DNA of 64,000 nucleotides from an uncultured Bifidobacterium sp. GTDB taxonomy: Bacteria > Bacteroidota > Bacteroidia > UKL13-3. The translations under genes and the position numbers were made by a program. Location: the NCBI GenBank assembly GCA_964442045.1, contig CAYTWI010000004.1, positions 2,273 through 66,272 of the forward strand, written 5' to 3'. Below, piece by piece: positions 61,305 through 64,000 of this stretch; the stretch's first letter is position 1, and the number at the start of each line of letters is the position of its first letter. The notes below the pieces were generated by a model, which did no database searches, was not told the origin of the DNA, and was given only the letters and a program-made list of their open reading frames with translations.

Positions 61305-62068
61305 ACAACAATATTGCAAACAATAAACAATTGAACCGTAAAATAAAAATAACATTACTGAGTTTATTGCTCCTGTTGACAGCAGGGCTAATAGCTTTTA
61401 CTGCAACTAAAAATATTGTTGATGAACAGATTCTTACATACACAGTTGATACAAGGACACAAGATTTAAAACTGTATTGGAAAGACGATAAAGGAGAACC
61501 TCTTAAAAGCCTTCAACATTTAAAGACTTATGTAGAGAGCAAAAAACTTACACTTACTTTTGCCATGAATGGTGGCATGTTCAATACTGACTTTTCACCA
61601 CAAGGGTTATTTATTCAGAATAAAAACATACTTGCGCCTTTAGACACATCAGACGGGAACGGGAATTTTTATTTAAAGCCCAATGGTGTTTTTTACATTA
61701 CTGTAAACAATGTTCCTTCTATTTGTAAAACGACTGACTTTATAGCTAATAATAACATTAAATACGCAACCCAATCAGGGCCTATGTTGGTTATTAACGG
61801 ACAAATTCATGAAGCATTTAAAGAAGGCTCTAACAATTTAAATATAAGAAATGGTGTCGGCATTCTGCCTGACAACAAAGTGGTATTTGCCATGTCAAAG
61901 ACAGCCATTAACTTTTACGATTTTGCCAAATATTTCCAAAGCTTAGGGTGTAAAAACGCATTGTATCTGGATGGGTTTGTATCAAGAACATACTTACCGG
62001 AAAAACAATGGGTACAAACTGACGGAAATTTTGGTGTTATAATTGGCGTTACAACTAAGAAAAATTAA
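61298..62068 (+). CDS. Phosphodiester glycosidase (DUF2233/NAGPA-like) family protein, N-terminal membrane anchor
   Basis: …KLTLTFAMNGGMFNTDFSPQGLFIQNKN… and …KNALYLDGFVS… fit DUF2233. It has no in-frame ATG near the 5' end. The ORF would begin at TTG 61298 (inside the TATGTTTG box) or TTG 61331. Confidence 0.55.
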   Translation: MNYNNIANNKQLNRKIKITLLSLLLLLTAGLIAFTATKNIVDEQILTYTVDTRTQDLKLYWKDDKGEPLKSLQHLKTYVESKKLTLTFAMNGGMFNTDFSPQGLFIQNKNILAPLDTSDGNGNFYLKPNGVFYITVNNVPSICKTTDFIANNNIKYATQSGPMLVINGQIHEAFKEGSNNLNIRNGVGILPDNKVVFAMSKTAINFYDFAKYFQSLGCKNALYLDGFVSRTYLPEKQWVQTDGNFGVIIGVTTKKN

Positions 62069-62087
62069 CTACAAACAAAAACATATT

Positions 62088-62179
62088 TCATGCCCTTATC
62101 AGTGCGCTTCACCAATAAGTTATAGCCATTGAGCTACATAATGATTTTACATTTATAAAATAATAAGTATGTTTGGATG
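62088..62179. repeat. Copy F: degenerate hairpin (CCCTTATCAGTGCGCTTCACCAATAAG) + AGCCATTGAGCTACATAATGATTTTACATTTATAAAATAATAAGTATGTTTGGATG
   Basis: Paralogous to copy E. Its hairpin is eroded. Confidence 0.5.
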
Positions 62180-62193
62180 CATTCATTGCAACA

Positions 62194-62949
62194 ATGTATA
62201 ACGACTTTGAATATAAACTGGTTAAACCTGATCAATCGCTGGCCGACTTTGTAGAAAGTTTCTGGTTGTTACATAACCATTCAAACCAGGCCAAAGACAT
62301 TGTTGTGTTACCGGATGGAAGGGTTGATTTGTTTTTCTCTCAATCAGCCACAGAACCTTTTCATGTTACCTTATCAGGTTTGGAAACGCAGGCCGACCAG
62401 GCAACACTGGCAGGCAATACCATTATGTTTGCCATTAGCTTTAAGCTGCTTGCCATTGAATATATTCTACACAATACCGTTTCCGACTTACTGAATAATG
62501 CCATCCATTTACCCGGTGGTTTCTGGAACTTTGAGGCAAACGATTTGCATAACTTTGAGCTGTTTTGTAAAAAGGCTACACACAAAATTCAATCGCTGTT
62601 ACCTGATGAATTAGATAACCGCAAACGGAAACTGTTTGACCTGTTGTATGGATCAAACGGAACCATGACAGTGAATGAACTATCGGAAAAAGTAGCTTGG
62701 AGCAGCAGGCAGATAAACCGCTACTTTAACCGGCAGTTTGGTGTTTCGTTAAAAGTATATTGTAATATACTTCGTTTCCGTGCTTCGTTTCAGCACATTA
62801 AAGAGGGCAAGCTGTTTCCGCAGCAAAACTTTGCCGACCAATCGCACTTTATAAAAGAAGTTAAAAAGCTATCAGGCGTATCGCCCAAAGAATTGAAGCA
62901 AAATAAAAACGACCGATTTATACAATTTTCAACCTTGAAGCCCCAATAA
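62194..62949 (+). CDS. AraC-family transcriptional regulator
   Basis: The C-terminus …MTVNELSEKVAWSSRQINRYFNRQFGVSLKVYCNILRFRASFQHI…QSHFIKEVKKLSGVSPKE… is an AraC double HTH. The track ORF starts at TTG 62173. Confidence 0.75.
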   Translation: MYNDFEYKLVKPDQSLADFVESFWLLHNHSNQAKDIVVLPDGRVDLFFSQSATEPFHVTLSGLETQADQATLAGNTIMFAISFKLLAIEYILHNTVSDLLNNAIHLPGGFWNFEANDLHNFELFCKKATHKIQSLLPDELDNRKRKLFDLLYGSNGTMTVNELSEKVAWSSRQINRYFNRQFGVSLKVYCNILRFRASFQHIKEGKLFPQQNFADQSHFIKEVKKLSGVSPKELKQNKNDRFIQFSTLKPQ

Positions 62950-62976
62950 TTTTGTGCCGTTAAATAACAATACGGA

Positions 62977-64000
62977 ATGAAATTACAACATAAACAAATA
63001 GCCATAGTGGGCGGTGGCCCGGGCGGATTAACATTAGCCAGACTTTTACAATTAAAGGGAGCCAGCGTAAAAGTATACGAAAGAGATTTAAATAAAAATG
63101 CCCGGGTGCAAGGCTCTCCGCTCGATTTGCATGATGAGTCGGGACTGGCAGCCATTACCGAGGCAAACCTGTTGGATGCATTTAAAAACAACTACATGCC
63201 CGGAGCCGACAGGGAGAAAATAATGAATGAACAGGCTGAAGTTTTTTTCAGCAGCCATGATACCAAGTCGGCCGACAACTTTGGGCATGCTCATTTTCGC
63301 CCTGAAATAGACCGCGGTGTTTTAAGAAAAATATTACTGGAATCATTACAACCTGAAACCGTGGTGTGGGATAGTCATTTTATAGCTATGGATAAACAAA
63401 ACGATGGTTGGTTATTACACTTTAAAAACAAAAACGATGTATATGCTGATATAGTAATTGCTGCTGATGGTGCCAACTCCAAAATACGTCCGTACCTTAC
63501 AGACATCAAGCCATTTTATTCGGGCATACTAATGCTGGAAGGCAATATATATGATGCCAAAAACGCAGCACCCCATATTACTTCATTGCTTAATGGCGGA
63601 AAAATTATGGCCTTCGGCAATGAAAAAGATATACTCATGGGCCAGAAAGGCAATGGTGAAATAGGCTTTTACATAAGCTTTAAGGCGGAAGAAAACTGGG
63701 CTGGTAAAAGCGGCTTAGACTTTAATGATAAAACACAGGTGCTTAACTGGTTTAAACAAACCTATAGCGAGTGGAGCCCCATTTGGCATGAGCTGTTTGA
63801 AAATACAGCCACCCCATTTATACCAAGGCCTATTTATTGTATGCCCTTAGACCAAACCTGGCAAGCCCAACCTAACCTCACCATGATTGGCGATGCGGCC
63901 CATGTAATGCCTCCCTTTGCTGGTGAAGGGGTAAACATGGCTATGCTTGATGCATTGGAATTAAGCAGGTGTTTAACGGCTGATGATAATAGTACTTTAC
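62977..64000 (+). CDS. FAD-dependent monooxygenase of the TetX / tetracycline-destructase family (3'-truncated by window end)
   Basis: [37 protein letters not shown]… (Rossmann GxGxxG) and …[31 protein letters not shown]… closely parallel the TetX motifs, as recalled from memory: …[29 protein letters not shown]… and …[27 protein letters not shown]… It is not in the ORF track because it is open-ended. Confidence 0.65.
   Translation, partial: [341 protein letters not shown]

Noticed and set aside
57850-62200. Classical integron cassette array with attC sites
   Set aside because: The hairpin cores (CACCAAC / GTTGGTG) each differ at two positions from the attC R''/R' consensus (RYYYAAC / GTTRRRY). 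The spacers carry their own promoters, unlike promoterless cassettes. No intI-like tyrosine recombinase is in the window. The idea is kept only as something to test with a covariance model.
1-64000. CRISPR arrays, rRNA genes, IS or transposase, or integrase genes
   Set aside because: No evenly spaced short direct repeats were found. There are no rRNA-like conserved stretches, and none of the supplied ORFs contain DDE, serine or tyrosine recombinase motifs.

Overview
This 64 kb window looks like chromosomal DNA from a low-GC Bacteroidota genome, probably Sphingobacteriia or Chitinophagia. Three observations support that: a giant cargo protein with a type IX secretion (T9SS) C-terminal sorting domain, an arginine operon of the acetylated-intermediate type with an N-acetylornithine carbamoyltransferase and a leading GNAT acetyltransferase, and TAnnTTTG-type -7 promoter boxes.

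Conserved housekeeping genes are prfA, fabG, pgk, fumC, purN, rbfA, tpiA, tRNA-Glu(UUC), argGCDF'BEH and a DEAD-box helicase. Environmental and sensor functions interleaved with them include two two-component systems with propeller-type (Reg_prop) periplasmic sensors, an Na+/H+ antiporter, an MFS sugar permease, an S9 peptidase and a fatty-acid desaturase.

Five regions carry accessory or unusual content:
1. 54.6-62.2 kb holds a family of nested-palindrome repeats (core CCCTTGTTGGTGTTCTTCACCAACAAG, often with a second GGTTGGTG / CACCAACC hairpin). Copies sit upstream of a hybrid Reg_prop/Y_Y_Y histidine kinase and then punctuate six co-oriented, unrelated genes: a small HNH nuclease, a GH18-like protein, a PaiB regulator, a GNAT, a phosphodiester glycosidase and an AraC regulator. 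Several of these genes are fronted by the same promoter-like module (GATTTATGAAATAAT..GTATGTTTG). The array ends in a partial flavin monooxygenase that resembles TetX, the tetracycline destructase.
2. 32.5-34.3 kb is a visibly AT-rich gene for an Mrr-type PD-(D/E)xK nuclease-domain fusion protein, followed by a WYL-domain regulator. This is a candidate single-gene defence or abortive-infection module.
3. 47.2-49.4 kb is an AT-rich islet. An ECF-like sigma-70 protein is translationally coupled to a Panacea (DUF4065, SocA-like) antitoxin-domain protein. A divergent 51-aa peptide ORF and a YegP gene lie alongside.
4. A roughly 45 bp diverged duplicate of the 3' end of the helicase gene flanks a DUF4142 gene, like an integration scar.
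5. The 650 bp prfA-fabG spacer contains two copies of a 55-60 bp hairpin-plus-CAAACAAACTAACAAATAAAT motif.

No CRISPR array, rRNA or classical IS or transposase gene was seen. All assignments come from reading motifs in the supplied translations and sequence, with no database searches run.
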